64,000 nt of DNA. Origin: Leucoraja ocellata (lineage: Eukaryota). The stretch lies in NCBI GenBank assembly GCA_036785375.1, contig JAWMAR010000181.1, positions 1-64,000 on the forward strand. The letters run 5' to 3'. Shown piece after piece: positions 36,290 through 49,012 of this stretch. The translations under genes were made by a program, and so were the position numbers. Each line of letters starts with the position of its first letter. The first letter of the stretch is position 1. The notes beneath the pieces were generated by a model, which was given only the letters and a program-made list of their open reading frames with translations, ran no database searches and was not told the DNA's origin.

Positions 36290-37850
36290 TGTCACACAGC
36301 ATGGAAACAGGCCCTTCAACCTAACTTGCCCATGCCATCCAACTTGTGCCATCTGCACTGGACATGCCTGCCCGTGTTTGGCTTATTTCCCTCTAAAGCT
36401 ATCCTGTCCATGTGCCCAACCAAATATCTCCTAAATGTCGTTATAGTACTTGCCTCAGGAAGATCATTCCATATACCCACCACTCTTATGTGAAAATTAT
36501 GAGTTTATAAGTTGCCTCTTAGGGAGGTAAATTATGAGTTTGTGATTTGCCTCTGAGATCTTCAAGTCCTGGCAACATCCTCGTAAATTTTCTTTGTGCT
36601 TTTTCCAACTTAACAACATCCATCCGAGAGCAGGGTGACCCAAATTGAATACAATATTCTGAATGCGGCCTCGTCAACGTCTTGTACAACCGTAACATAA
36701 CATCTCAAATCTATAGTCAACACCCTGAGTCATGAAGGGCAATGTACCAAAGGTTTTCTTTACCACTCTATCCTACACAGGCCTCCATTGCGAAAAATAA
36801 CTTTCCACCAGCTGTTATCGGGCAACTGAATCATCCTACTACAACCAAAGAGCAGTGCTGAACTACAATCTACCTCTTTGATGTCTCTTGAACTATCCTT
36901 GATCGGACTTTGCTGGCTTTACCTTGCACTAAACGTCATTCCCTTATCGTGTGTATCTATGCACTGTAAATGGATCGATTGTAAACATTTATTGTCTTTC
37001 TGCTAACTGATCAACACGCAACAAAAAGCTTTTCACTGTACCTCAGTGTACGTAACAATAAACTAAACTGATAAACCTGTGCTGCCAATTTCAAAGAACT
37101 ATGTACCTGAACTAGATCGCTCTGCTCAATGGCACTCCCTAGGGCCCTGCCATTCACTGTGAAGATCCTAACCTGGTTTGAATTCCCTAAATGCAACACC
37201 TCAGGATATTGGCTTTAAACTCAGTTGACCATTCCTCGGTCCACAGCCCAACTGATCAAGATCCTGTTGTAATTTTTGATAACCAACTTTGCTATCTATG
37301 ATACAACCCACTTTAGAGTTATCTGCAAACTTACTAATCTTGCCTTCTATAATCGGACCCATTCATTAATATAAGCCACAAACAACAATGTGCCCTGCAC
37401 CATTCCCTAAAGCACACCACTAGTCACTGGTCTTCATTCCGAAAAATAACCTTGCATCATCACTCCTTCCATGAAGCCTATTCTCTCTCCAGTCAGCTAG
37501 CTTTCCCAGGATCTCATTTGATCTAACATTCCAGATAAGACTATAATGCAGAACCTTATCAAAGGGTTTGTTGAAAACAACATCTATGGCTTTGCCCTCA
37601 TTAATATTTTTGGTTACTTATTCAAAAAACTCACAGATTTGTTAGACATGATCTCCCATGTACAAAACCATGCTGATCATCCTTAATCAGCCCCACTTTA
37701 TCCAAATTCACATATATATAAAATCTCTCAGAATCCTCTCCAGTAACTTGCCTACCCCACAGATAATAGGCTCACAGGCCAATAGTTCTCAGCTTTTTCC
37801 CTGCAGCCCCTCTTAAATAGAAGCAAAACATTAGCCAACCTCTGATCCCC
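36290..37850 (-). mobile_element. Old CR1 fragment with a nested Rex1 3' tail (about 36790-37070, +)
   Basis: Decayed CR1 ORF2 (LHLGNSNQ.R..TVNGRALGS). Insert ends AAAAGCTTTTCACTGTACCTC...ACAATAAACTAAACT. Confidence 0.75.
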
Positions 37851-38258
37851 CAATACAATTATCTTGATTTTCAGTCTTCCCTCTTTTAGGTTAATAGCAA
37901 AGCTCCAGCTGTACACCAGCTTCAGAAATACGTGTGGATCCGAAAGGAACCATCCAATTCTTAAGTGTTAAAATTTCATGTTTTTGAATGTTTTGAGACG
38001 TCTAACTAACGTGGGCCAAACGCAGGCAGGTGGGACTAGAGTAACTTGGACATGTTGGGAGGCGTGGGCAAGTTGGGCCGAAGGGCCTGTTTCCACGCTG
38101 CATGACTCTATTGATCACAATTTTTTCTTGTTAGTGAATAAAACTTTGGCTTTGACCATTTCATTTATGCAGCTCAACGCCCATTCGAGAGGAAGAACTT
38201 TGGTATTATTATAAGGCAACATAAATTAAATATTTATACATCCATGTACCTGCCCAAG

Positions 38259-38615
38259 TCTATAGAACTAAAAGTCTCATCTCGACCACTTCCTGTCTGC
38301 GCTGTATATTGATTTTGGAAAAACGCTACCCTATATTGCTATGATTTTTGGCCATCTTACTCACAGTCCTCCTCTGCTGAGGAAGCCCCAAGGATTTTTC
38401 CGATCGATGAAAAAAACAAAAAAATGAGTGTTTAAAAAATCTTGAGATCAGCTGATTGGTCCTCTCGCCTGTCAATCACCATGATGAAGGTAACGCCCCT
38501 TCTGGGGAGCCAGGTGTATAAAGCCTAAATGGTATGAAATTGCATTTGAATTTGATAGCCTGCACTCTGCTTGAAATGGTATGAAATTGCATTTTAATTT
38601 GGTGGCCTGCACTCT

Positions 38616-38684
<69 letters not shown>

Positions 38685-39602
38685 TATTTTATTGTCATTG
38701 CACAGCGAAACAAGATTTGGTATGCAGCTTCCATCTGATGTCATAACAAATAACTAATAACATTTAGATTTAGATACCCCGAGAACATGGTTTGTAAAAA
38801 GAACATTACAACAGTAAAATAGTCAAAACAGTTCAAACAGACTAAAGTGCAGATGTGTCTGTGTGACGTGACCATCCGAGGGAGACAGTCCAGGGGGGAT
38901 GGGGGGCACTCAGCAGGGCCGGTTCAGAGCCGCTATAGCTCTGGGAATAAAGCTGTTCCTGAGTCTGCAGGTTCGGGCGTAGAAGGCCTTGTAACGTCTG
39001 CCAGAGGGAAGTAGTTTGAACAGTCTATTACAAGGGTGTGAGGAGTCTTTATGGATGCTGACGGCCTTCCTGAGGCACCGTGTGTGGTAGCGGTGTCCCA
39101 ATAATCTTTTGCGCTCTGTGGACGACACGCTGAAGAGCTCTCCTCTCCACCTCCGTGCAGCTGAGATACCACGCAGAGATGCCATACGTTAATATGCTCT
39201 CTGTGGTGCAGCGGTAGAAGTTTGTCAGCAGCTGTTGGGGCAGACCAGTCTTTTTTAATGTTCTCAGGAAGAACAGTGAATTTGGTGATATGAAATGAAT
39301 TTGGTGGCCTGCACTCTGCTTGTAATGGAATTTCAAGGAATAGCTGTGTGAACTGCCAGCCCACCAGGCCTGAGTAACTGAGCTGCCAGCCCATGAATCC
39401 ATTCGGCCCACAATGTTCCTACTAGCCCCCTGGAAACAAGTCCCTTCGGCCCACAAGACCCATACTAGCGCTCCAAATGCCCCCCCCCCCCCCCCCCCCC
39501 CCACTGGCCACCAATATTGGAGTTGGTGGAGAGGTGGAATATTGTGTTGAGGGACCAGCCCTCCTGTGTGAACATGGGACCCAATGGGCCCTTTTAGTCT
39601 AG
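38259..39602 (+). mobile_element. Non-autonomous Helitron with a nested Rex1 fragment
   Basis: 5' TC, 3' hairpin GGGACCCAATGGGCCC (39576-39591), terminal CTAG followed by T, no TSD; flanks rejoin as a CR1 snippet. Confidence 0.8.
38617..39277 (-). mobile_element. Rex1/Babar LINE 3' fragment with (TTA)n tail (38617-38682)
   Basis: FFLRTLKK..L...LL.NFYRCTTESILTYGISAWY; LLPSGRRYKAFYARTCRLRNSFIPRAI. Confidence 0.9.
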
Positions 39603-39769
39603 TGTCCTTTAAATTCTAAACTTCTGCTTATAGCATATTTGGGAGCTGATAATAATTAAATAAGTGTCCTGTGTAACAGATAGAAAAAGTAGATTCAGTC
39701 CTGGTGCAGTTTGTCAAAGTTCAATACATGAGTCCAAAGCAAAAAATCCAACTGCAATATGTTCATTGC

Positions 39770-40130
39770 AAGGGCCAGGAAGCGAGCGGGCAAGATCATC
39801 TCTGACCCCTCTCACCCTGGCCACAAACTCTTTGAATCACTTACCTCTGGACGGCGACTCCGGATTGTCAAAGTTTCCAAGCCAGACATAAAAACAGTTT
39901 TTATCCACGAGTAGTTGCTCTACTCAAAAGCCAAAAATCTGTAGCCTCACTTTGATCTGGTATTTTGTTGATTCACATGCTTGATCAATGGTGTTTTATC
40001 ATTAATGTTATATTATAATTTTTCTGAGATTCGTAACTGTCACTATATGTTATGTTATTACTTGTGGGCAGAGCACCAAGGCAAATTACTTGTATGTGAA
40101 TATTTGACCAATAAACGTACTTACTTATAC
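39770..40130 (+). mobile_element. Rex1/Babar 3' fragment
   Basis: AAGATCATCTCTGACCCCTCTCACCCTGGCCACAAACTCTTTG (KIISDPSHPGHKLF); ends CAATAAA(CTTA)n. Confidence 0.75.
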
Positions 40131-40269
40131 TTACCATAAAGAATCTATAACAATTTTCAGTAACTTACATTTAATAAATAATAAATCTTTTCTTGACGAA
40201 TAATATGTGCAATACCATGGCTTGTTACCGATAAACTATACAGAATTATACAGAATTATACAGAATTTA

Positions 40270-42027
40270 TAATGGGATACAAGCAAATGGCACAACAGTT
40301 AAACAAGTACTTTGGTTCTGTCTTCACCAAGGAACAAACAAACAATCTCCCAGAAATACTAGGGGACCAAGGATCTAGTGGGAGGGAGGAACTGAAGGGA
40401 ATCCACATTAGTCAGGAAATTGTGTTAGCTAAACTGTTGGGACTAAAGGCAGATAAATCACCAGGACCTGATGGTCGTCATCCCAGGGTACTCAAGGAAG
40501 TGGCCCTAGAAATCGTGGATGCATTGATGATCATTTTCCAATGTTCTCTCGACTCTAGATCAGTTCCAGTGGACTAGGGGGTAGCTAATGTAACCCCACT
40601 TTTTAAGAAAGGAGGGAGAGAGAAAATGGAGAATTATAGACCAGTTAGTCTTACATTGGTAGTGGGGAAGATGCTTGAGTCGATTATTAAAGATATTATA
40701 GCAACGCATTTGGATAGCAGTGACAGGATCAGTCAAAGTCAGCATGGATTTATGAAGAGGAAATCATGCTTGACTAATCTTCTGGAATTTTTTGAGGATG
40801 TAACAAGTAGAATGGATAAGGGAGAGTCAGTGGATGTGGCGTATCTGGACCTTCAAAAAGCCTTTGACAAGGTCCCACACAAGAGATTAGTGTGAAAAAT
40901 TAGAGCACATGGTATTGGGGGTAGGGTATTGACATGGATATAGAACTGGTTGGCAGACAGGAAGCAAAGAATAGGAATTAACAGGTCCTTTTCAGAATGG
41001 CAGGCAGTGACTAGTGGGGCACCACAAGGCTCGGTGCTGGGACCCCAGTTATTTACAATATATATTAACGATTTAGATGAGGGAATGTGACATCTCCAAG
41101 TTTGCGGATGAAACAAAGCTGGGGGGCAGTGTTCGCTGTGAGGAGGATGCTATGAGGCTGCAGGGTGACTTGGATAGGTTGGGTGAGTGGGCAGATGCAT
41201 GGCAGATGCAGTATATTGTGGAGAAATGTGAGATTATCCACTTTGGTGGCAAGAACAGGAAGGCAGATTGTAATATGAATGGTGTCAGATTAGGAAAAGG
41301 GGAGGTGCAACAAGACCTGGGTGTCCTTGTACATCAGTCACTGAAAGTAAATATGCAGGTACAGCAGGCAGTAAAGAAAGCCAATGGCATGTTGCCCTTC
41401 ATTGCGAAAAGATTTGAGGAGGTCCTACTGCATTTGTACGGAGCCCTGGTGAGACCGCTCCTGGAGTATTTTGTGCAATTTTGGTCTTCTAATAGGAGGA
41501 CAGACATTATTGCTATTTTAGGAATGCAGTGTAGGTTCTCCAGGTTAATTCCTGGGATGACAGGACTGACATATGATGAAATAATGGCTCGACTGGGCTT
41601 GTATTCAGTGGAATTTAGAAAGATGAGAGGGGACCTTATGGAAACATTTAAAATTGTTAAAGGATTGGACACGCTAGATACAGGAAAAATGTTCCCCATG
41701 TTGGGGGAGTCCAGAACCAGGGATCACAGTTTATGAATAAGGGGTAGGCCATTTAGGACTGAGATGAGGAAAAACATCTTCACCCAGAGTTGTGAATCTG
41801 TGAAATTCTCTGCAGATTCTCACAGAATGCAGTGGAGGCCAATTCACTGGATGTTTTCAAGCGAGAGTTAGATATAGCTCTTATGACTAAAGGAATCAAG
41901 GGATATGGAGAAAAAGTAGGAACGGGGTACTGATTTTAGATGATCAGCCTTGATCATATTGAATGGTGGTGCTCGCTCGAAGGGCTGAATGGCCTACTCC
42001 TGCATCTATTTTTCTATGTTTCTATGT
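40270..42027 (+). mobile_element. CR1 LINE, 1.75-kb 3' portion with degenerate RT
   Basis: ORFs 40272..40577, 40626..40895 and 41077..41736 (KSPGPDG, NYRPVSL, FADE); tail present. Confidence 0.95.
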
Positions 42028-42029
42028 TT

Positions 42030-42458
42030 ACATAGAAACATAGAAACATAGAAAATAGGTGCAGGTGTAGGCCATTCGGCCCTTCGAGCCTGCACCGCAA
42101 TTCAATATGATCATGGCTGATCATCCAACTCAGTATCCCGTACCTGCCTTCTCTCCATACCCTCTGATCCCCTTAGCCACAAGGGCCACATCTAACTCCC
42201 TCTTAAATATAGCCAATGAACTGGCTTCGACTACCCTCTGTGGCAGAGAGTTCCAGAGATTCACCACTCTCTGTGTGAAAAAAGTTCTTCTCATCTCGGT
42301 TTTAAAGGATTTCCCCCTTATCCTTAAGCTGTGACCCCTTGTCCTGGACTTCCCCAACATCGGGAACAATCTTCCTGCATCTAGCTTGTCCAACCCCTTA
42401 AGAATTTTGTACGTTTCTATAAGATCCCCTCCCAATCTCCTAAATTCTAGAGTATATA
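42030..42458 (-). mobile_element. CR1 3' fragment, tail-to-tail with the preceding copy
   Basis: ORF 42130..42435; (CATAGAAA)3. Confidence 0.95.
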
Positions 42459-43227
42459 AGGGGTTTCTATTAAAACCATCTAAATATCAATGTACAAAGC
42501 AAGCCGTAATACCAGGAAAACAGTACCAACGATTGCATTCATATTTATAGCATGCACAGTAGTTAAGATTGTTGCTGGGGCATGAATTTAGTCTTCCGGT
42601 TGCAGCATGTACTTCTCCAGATAGGAATCCTTTTCCGTTTAATATTCCCCTGTGATCTCCTATCCAAGAATTGAGAAGCTCTGAGACTGCACGACAAGAT
42701 AATCTCAGGGTACAAGACACAGTTCCATCATTTCCCATTCTATTCAGCAAGCACTCTCCATGATTTGTTGATTAAGGATTGAAGTTGTGGGGACCAGTAA
42801 ATCACATGTCTGTGCCCAAACAACTGATTTTAACTGAGAGCTGTTAAGGTCCCCATAATATCATAGATTAAAGAGAAAACATTGACAGAGGATCACTATT
42901 CAATGACCTACTGAAAATCAGATGATGAAATCAGTATCATACAGTACCTTTGCCATCAGGTAGCATGTGGACATGTGTTGCCAAGCCACAAACACAGGTC
43001 ACACAAGAAAATGTCCACCATAAGCAGTGCTTGGGGAGAAATGATTTTTAAATCACAAGAGAAATTTAATATAGAGTCAAAGAATAAATGAAAGATTCGT
43101 ACTTATAAAAAAATAAACACTTTGGAGTGGATTGTATTACTTGGAGCCATTGTAAACCACAACTGAGCATAAAGGGTACTATCCTATATTTATGAATTAA
43201 TCATTTTATGTAATCTCAGTGCTTATA

Positions 43228-43928
43228 ATATATAACAATTACAGCACAGAAACAGGCCATCTCGGCCCTACAAGTCCGTGCCGAACAAATTTTTTTCCCC
43301 CTTAGTCCCACCTGCCTGCACTCATACCATAACCCTCCATTCCCTTCTCATCCATATGCCTATCCAATTTATTTTTAAATTTGAGTTGGATGATCAGCCA
43401 TGATCATATTGAATGGCGGTGCAGGCTCGAAGGGCCGAATGGCCTACTCCTGCACCTAATTTCTATGTTTCTAATTTCTATACCAATGAACCTGCCTCCA
43501 CCACTTCCACTGGAAGCTCATTCCACACCGATACCACTCTCTGAGTAAAGAAGTTCCCCCTCATATTACCCCTAAACTTCTGTCCCTTAATTCTGAAGTC
43601 ATGTCCTCTTGTTTGAATCTTCCCTATTCTCAAAGGGAAAAGCTTGTCCACATCAACTCTGTCTATCCCTCTCATCATTTTAAAGACCTCTATCAAGTCC
43701 CCCCTTAACCTTCTGCGCTCTAGAGAATAAAGACCTAACTTATTCAACCTATCTCTGTAACTTAGTTGCTGAAACCCAGGCAACATTCTAGTAAATCTCC
43801 TCTGTACTCTCTCTATTTTGTTGACATCCTTCCTATAATTGGGCGACCAAAATTGTACACCATACTCCAGATTTGGTCTCACCAATGCCTTGTACAATTT
43901 TAACATTACATCCCAGCTTCTATACTCA
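43228..43928 (-). mobile_element. CR1 lineage B 3' fragment with a nested 100-bp lineage A tail (43381-43480, +)
   Basis: LYKALVRPNLEYGVQFWSP...FFTQRVVSVWNELP. Confidence 0.9.
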
Positions 43929-45455
43929 TAATGCTTACATTATGTAATTCATTGCTTACATTATGCTAGGATATTATGTAATAGTGAGCCCACTTTCAAG
44001 TTCCATAGTGGTGAGCCCACTTTCAAGTTCCATAATTCCATCAGCAATTATATTAATAAGTCTATCTAATGGAATCCCATGTGATTTTTACCTTCTCTCA
44101 TGTCACGGTAAGTATCAATCCCCATCTAAAATTGTGATTGTCTAATGCACCACAGTTCCGCAGCTTCATCAAATCTTCTGTGAGTTTTAAACAGAATTGC
44201 AATGCCACTTCCGTTGACACTTTAATAAGCCAACCAAATTTTATATAGAAAAAGAAAAGTACCCAGACAGTAAAACAAATTGCACTGGATAAGCCATTTT
44301 TGAAAGAATTGCGTAATAAAAATTTAAGGTATTGCAAATTAAAAATGATCAAGGATGGAAGAATTATTTATGGTATCCTGAAATGGTCTAGCGGTCTACA
44401 ATGCAACAAATGTTATTTTACTATGGAGGATTTAAAAAGTCAAAAGTTAACACATTTGTGAGCAAAGCAGCTCCACCTGGTGTCAGATTTGAAATCACTG
44501 CAAGGTGGATGGATTGTTCCCAAAATCACAGATCGTGGCTGCTATTTCCTTATTACATCCATTCACTGAATACGTGTGTTACTAGTAGAGTTAACAATTA
44601 TTACCTATCCATAATTGTTCCTCAAACTGTGTGGTGTAGAAGGCCATCCTTGACGATAATTATTAGTAAACAAAAGACGGGCCAAACCAGACAAAGATGA
44701 CTTTAAGACACCAGTTACAGTTGTTTTGTCTTAACACAATTCAGTAATTTTAAGTTTACCATTGCTGGTATTAATTCAGATTCATCTAATTACTCTAAAT
44801 TTCCAAGCTGTAAAATAAGTCCATGTTCTTTGTTTATAAATATATGTCTGAATAGAAATACAAGGCAATTGGGCAAACTCAATGTGGCCGTGTGAACAGG
44901 AAAGCATGTTTGACAAATTATTTCAAGTAGTGGCCTGTACAGTGGATATAGGGCAACTAGTGGATGTACTATACCTAGACTTCAGGATGTACTATACCTA
45001 GACTTCAGGTGTGCATTGGACAAGATGCCACCCCAACGTTTATTGATGGAAGTAAAAGCATGAAGTAGAAGGTAAAATGTTGGTGTGGGTAGAAGATTAG
45101 ATAGCAAACAGGGAAGAAAATGTTATATATATACATTTTTTTTCTGATTGACAAACGTAATGAATGAAGTGCCCCTGGGATGGGTGCTGAGGTTTCAACT
45201 ATTTATAGTACACATAAGTGATTTTGATTAAAGTACCAGCAAATCGGTCGGTAAATTTGCTGATGGGCTCTTAAAAATAGCAGAGTCAGGGGATGATCAG
45301 CCATGATCACATTGAATGGCAGTGCTGACTCGAAGGGCCGAATGGCCTACTCCTGCACCTGCACCTATTGTCTATTGTCTACATGCAGAGTTAGTAAAGT
45401 GAGTTGTGAAGATGCCATAGGAAGCTATAAAAAGATATGGCAAAGATTTGGAAAA

Positions 45456-46124
45456 TGTAGATGAGGTTGGAGGAGATACAGGTGAACCTTTGTCGCACCT
45501 GGAACGACTGCTTGGGACCTTGAATGGAGTCGAGGGGGGAGGTGAAGGGACAGGTGTTGCATTTCTTGCAACCTCCAACCTCCAACCTCATCTACTGCAT
45601 CCGCTGCTCTAGATGTCAGCTGATTTATGTCGGGTTGACTAAGCGGCGGTTGGGCGATCGTTTCGCCGAACACCTCCGCTCAGTCCACAATAACCAACCT
45701 GAACTACCGGTGGCTCAGCACTTCAACTCCCCCTCCCATTCCCAATCCGACCTCTCTGTCCTGGGTCTCTTCCATTGCCAGAGTGAGCAACACCGGAAAT
45801 TGGAGGAACAGCACCTCATATTCCGCCTGGGCAGCTTGCATCCTGATGGCATGTATGTTGAATTCTCCCAATTTTGCTAGCCCTTGCTGTCTCCTCCCCT
45901 TCCTTAACCCTCGAGCTGTCTCCTCCCATCCCCCCGCCCTCGGGCTCCTCCTCCTCCCCTTTTTCCTTCCTTCTCCCCTCCCACCCCCCATCAGTCTGAA
46001 GAAGGGTTTTGGCCCAAAACATTGCCTATTTTCTTCGCTCCATAGATGCTGCTGCACCCGCTGAGTTTCTCCAGCAATTTTGTGTACCTTCGATCTTCCA
46101 GCATCTGCAGTTCCTTCTTGAACA
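45456..46124 (+). mobile_element. Penelope-like element (Neptune-type): GIY-YIG endonuclease + terminal repeat, with an inverted 5' segment
   Basis: SNLIYCIRCSRCQLIYVGLTKRRLGDRFAEH...PVAQHFN...RKLEEQHLIFRL (GIY-YIG with CCHH). The Cys-rich linker CKKCNTCP...FTCISSNLIY lies on the minus strand at 45456-45572. Confidence 0.92.
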
Positions 46125-46877
46125 AAGTATGTAATGGTCTTTGATGGTAATGGCCATGTTCATTCAGAAAGTACATTTGGGCCATTAACCAAAGGATACA
46201 AGCAGACTTAGTGCTCAACTAGGTTGATAGCTCTCAATGACTGACAATGCATCATGTACTTGTAATAATGAGATATGCACAATTACTGAGAACAATACTG
46301 GAGAAGGACACATTCAAAGATAATTATAGCTGAAAGTGTTTTGAGAAGAAACCTATCTTGTGGTTGTGGTTTGGAAGGACAACATCATCTTATTTGCAGA
46401 AGATATTACAGATACGCAAGAATATCATCTTGGTCTTCATATATCAAAAATATGAAGAGAAGTACAGATGTCAGCATACAAAATGGGTAAAGGCATCAAG
46501 CAATTGAAAGCAATGAAAGATTTTGGTGACGAAGATGTAAGCTTGAATATTTTAAATATTTAACTCCTAATCACTTAATAATGAGTCCACTGAGAGTCCT
46601 AGTTTCCAAAATGTCTGCAATACATTCTCTCCTGTCACCATCAGTTCCCAGCCGTTCCCTGTGCAACACCAGCGGACACATTGTGCAGAGCAAACCAACT
46701 CAACTTACCCAGTATAGACACAAAAAACCGGAGTAACTCAACGGGACAGGCAGCATCTCACAGCTCCACTTACCCAGTTGCATAATGAGTCTGAAGCAGG
46801 TTAAAGCAACTGTATATACTGGTCTCAATTCAAATGAATGAATAAAATAAGTTACGGGTGGGTTTTGATTTTACTTA

Positions 46878-47679
46878 TGGGCCTGTCCCGCTTAGGCGAC
46901 TTTTTAGGCGCGTGCAGGAGACTCTGTGCTCGCCACATGTTCGCTGGTGGTCTCTGGTGAGTCTCCTTCATGGTCGCGAGGAGTTCCCGCATTCTGGGAA
47001 CTAGTTGTGGCCTCAGTATGGGCGCCGTAAATCTTTTAACATGTTGAAAAAATTTCTGCGTCCAAAATTTGGTCGCCATGGAGACAATTGATAATCCTGT
47101 AGTTGTAGGTAGTTTTATTGGGGTCGCTATGTAGTTGTAGATAGTCGAGGTAGTCCTAGGTAGTTTTAGTTCATCGCCTTTTCATTGGCTCATTGGGGGA
47201 AAAAAACGTAAGCAGTAGTTTTCAGAACCAAGGATAACCGACCGGTAATGTTAAATGTCTGCCGAACTTCATAGCTGTGTATCTCTGACTTATTAAATGT
47301 TGTCTGGCTTCTTAAAAGTTGTCTCTACTCCTTCTCCCCCTTCTTCCCCCCCCCCCCCCCCTCCTCCCCTCTCTCCCCCCCCCCCCCCCCCCCTCTTTTA
47401 AAGGACATACCGTACACTGTGCTACCTTTAATTACAGTGCCCTTTACTTTAATTAAAGTGTACAGTGTACACTTTAATTACAGCGCCAACCTTCCTGGTC
47501 ATCGAGGTTTGTGTCTGTATCACCGTGGCTTTGTACCGTGTGAATTTCAGACAGCGCTCCCCCCGCTTGCCCTGGCCCCCGCCTTTGCGATGTGTTGTGT
47601 GCGTGTTCCACTCTGACAGTCGCCGTTCCAGTTCCCAGTTTTCCAGGCGCTGAAAAATCACCTAAGTGGGACAGGCCCA
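46878..47679. mobile_element. Harbinger/PIF-type non-autonomous DNA transposon with TTA TSD
   Basis: TIRs TGGGCCTGTCCCGCTTAGG / CCTAAGTGGGACAGGCCCA; TTA at 46875-46877 and 47680-47682. Confidence 0.9.
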
Positions 47680-47709
47680 TTAGCTTCATTGTTTCTAATT
47701 GTTTAGTTT

Positions 47710-48580
47710 GAGTCACAGAGTCATCCAGCTGTACAACATGGAACCAGGCATTCGGTCCATCTTGCCCATACTGAGTTAGTCTTATTTGCCTGCATTTAGC
47801 CCAGAACCCTCTAAACTCTTCCTGACTATTTATCAGTCCAAATCTCTCATGAAAGTTGCAATTGTATCTGCTCCTATAGCTTCCTCTGGCAGCTCTATCC
47901 AGATACAAACCTCCAGGTAAAGAGATTGCCCTTGCAGCTCCTCTTAAATCTCTCCCCTCTCACCTAAAGCCTATGCCTTTTAACTGTAGAATCCTCGATG
48001 CTGGGAAAAGACTATCAGCATTAATTTTATTCATGTCCCTCATGATTTTGTGCACTCCAATAAGGTCACCCCTCAGCCTTTTATGTTCCAAAGGGAAAAG
48101 GCCTGGCCAATTCAACCTCCCCCTAGAACTAAAGTTCACGTTCAGGTAACGTCTTGGTCAGTCTCTTTGCACACTTTCCAACTTAATGCTTCCTTCCCAC
48201 AGCTAGGTTCCCACACAGCACCCCAAGTGTGGTCTCACCAACAGCTTGTACAGCTGCATCATGATGTTGCAACTTTTGAACTCAATACCATTCCCAATGA
48301 ATGCAAGAATGTCAAAGGTTTCTTCACCACGCTATCCTCCTGACTCACCACTTTCAGGAAACTATGAACCTGTACTCCCAGATTTCTCTGTTCTGCAACA
48401 CTCTCCAAGGCTCTACTTTTAACTGTGTCAACTAAGAGCTCTACTTTTAACAAGTCTTGTCATAGTATGTCAGACCAAATTGCAACATCTCACACTTGTC
48501 AGAGGTAAATGCTATTTGCCATTCCTTGGCCTACCTTCAAAACTAATCTAGATCATGTTCTAAACTTAAATATCTCTGGC
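47710..48580 (-). mobile_element. Old CR1 fragment
   Basis: Decayed ORF2 (ALESVAEQRNLGVQVHSFLKV) and CR1 3'UTR. Confidence 0.7.
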
Positions 48581-48696
48581 CTTTCAGGGCAACCATCTGC
48601 CTATCAAAACCCCCACACCTATGTTGATCTACTGCCTGCCATCTCATGCTTAGTCCTGCTTTTCCCCTTTTCCAGCTTTCTTCTCTCCCCCCCCAT

Positions 48697-49012
48697 TGAG
48701 AATAGGGAAGATTCAAACAAGAGGACATGATTTGAGAATTAAGGGACAGAAGTTTAGGGGTAACATGAGGGGGAACTTCATTACTCAGAGAGTGGTTGCG
48801 GTGTGGAATGAGCTTCCAGTGGAAGTGGTGGAGGCAGGTTCGATTTTATCATTTAAAAATAAATTGGATAGGTATATGGACGGGAAAGGAATGGAGGGTT
48901 ATGGTCTGAGTGCAGGTAGATGGGACTAGGGGAGAATAAGTGTTCGGCACGGACTAGAAGGGCCGAGATGGCCTGTTTCTGTGCTGTAATTGTTATATGT
49001 TATATGTTATAT
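48697..49012 (+). mobile_element. CR1 lineage B 3' end
   Basis: ORF 48696..48929; (TTATATG)n tail. Confidence 0.9.

Noticed and set aside
38472-38744. Poly-Tyr ORF
   Set aside because: Translation of the (TAA)n tail of a Rex1 fragment.
43983-44035. Short tandem duplications (also 44964-45008, 25501-25541, 40238-40267)
   Set aside because: Ordinary slippage or repair duplications with no sign of function.
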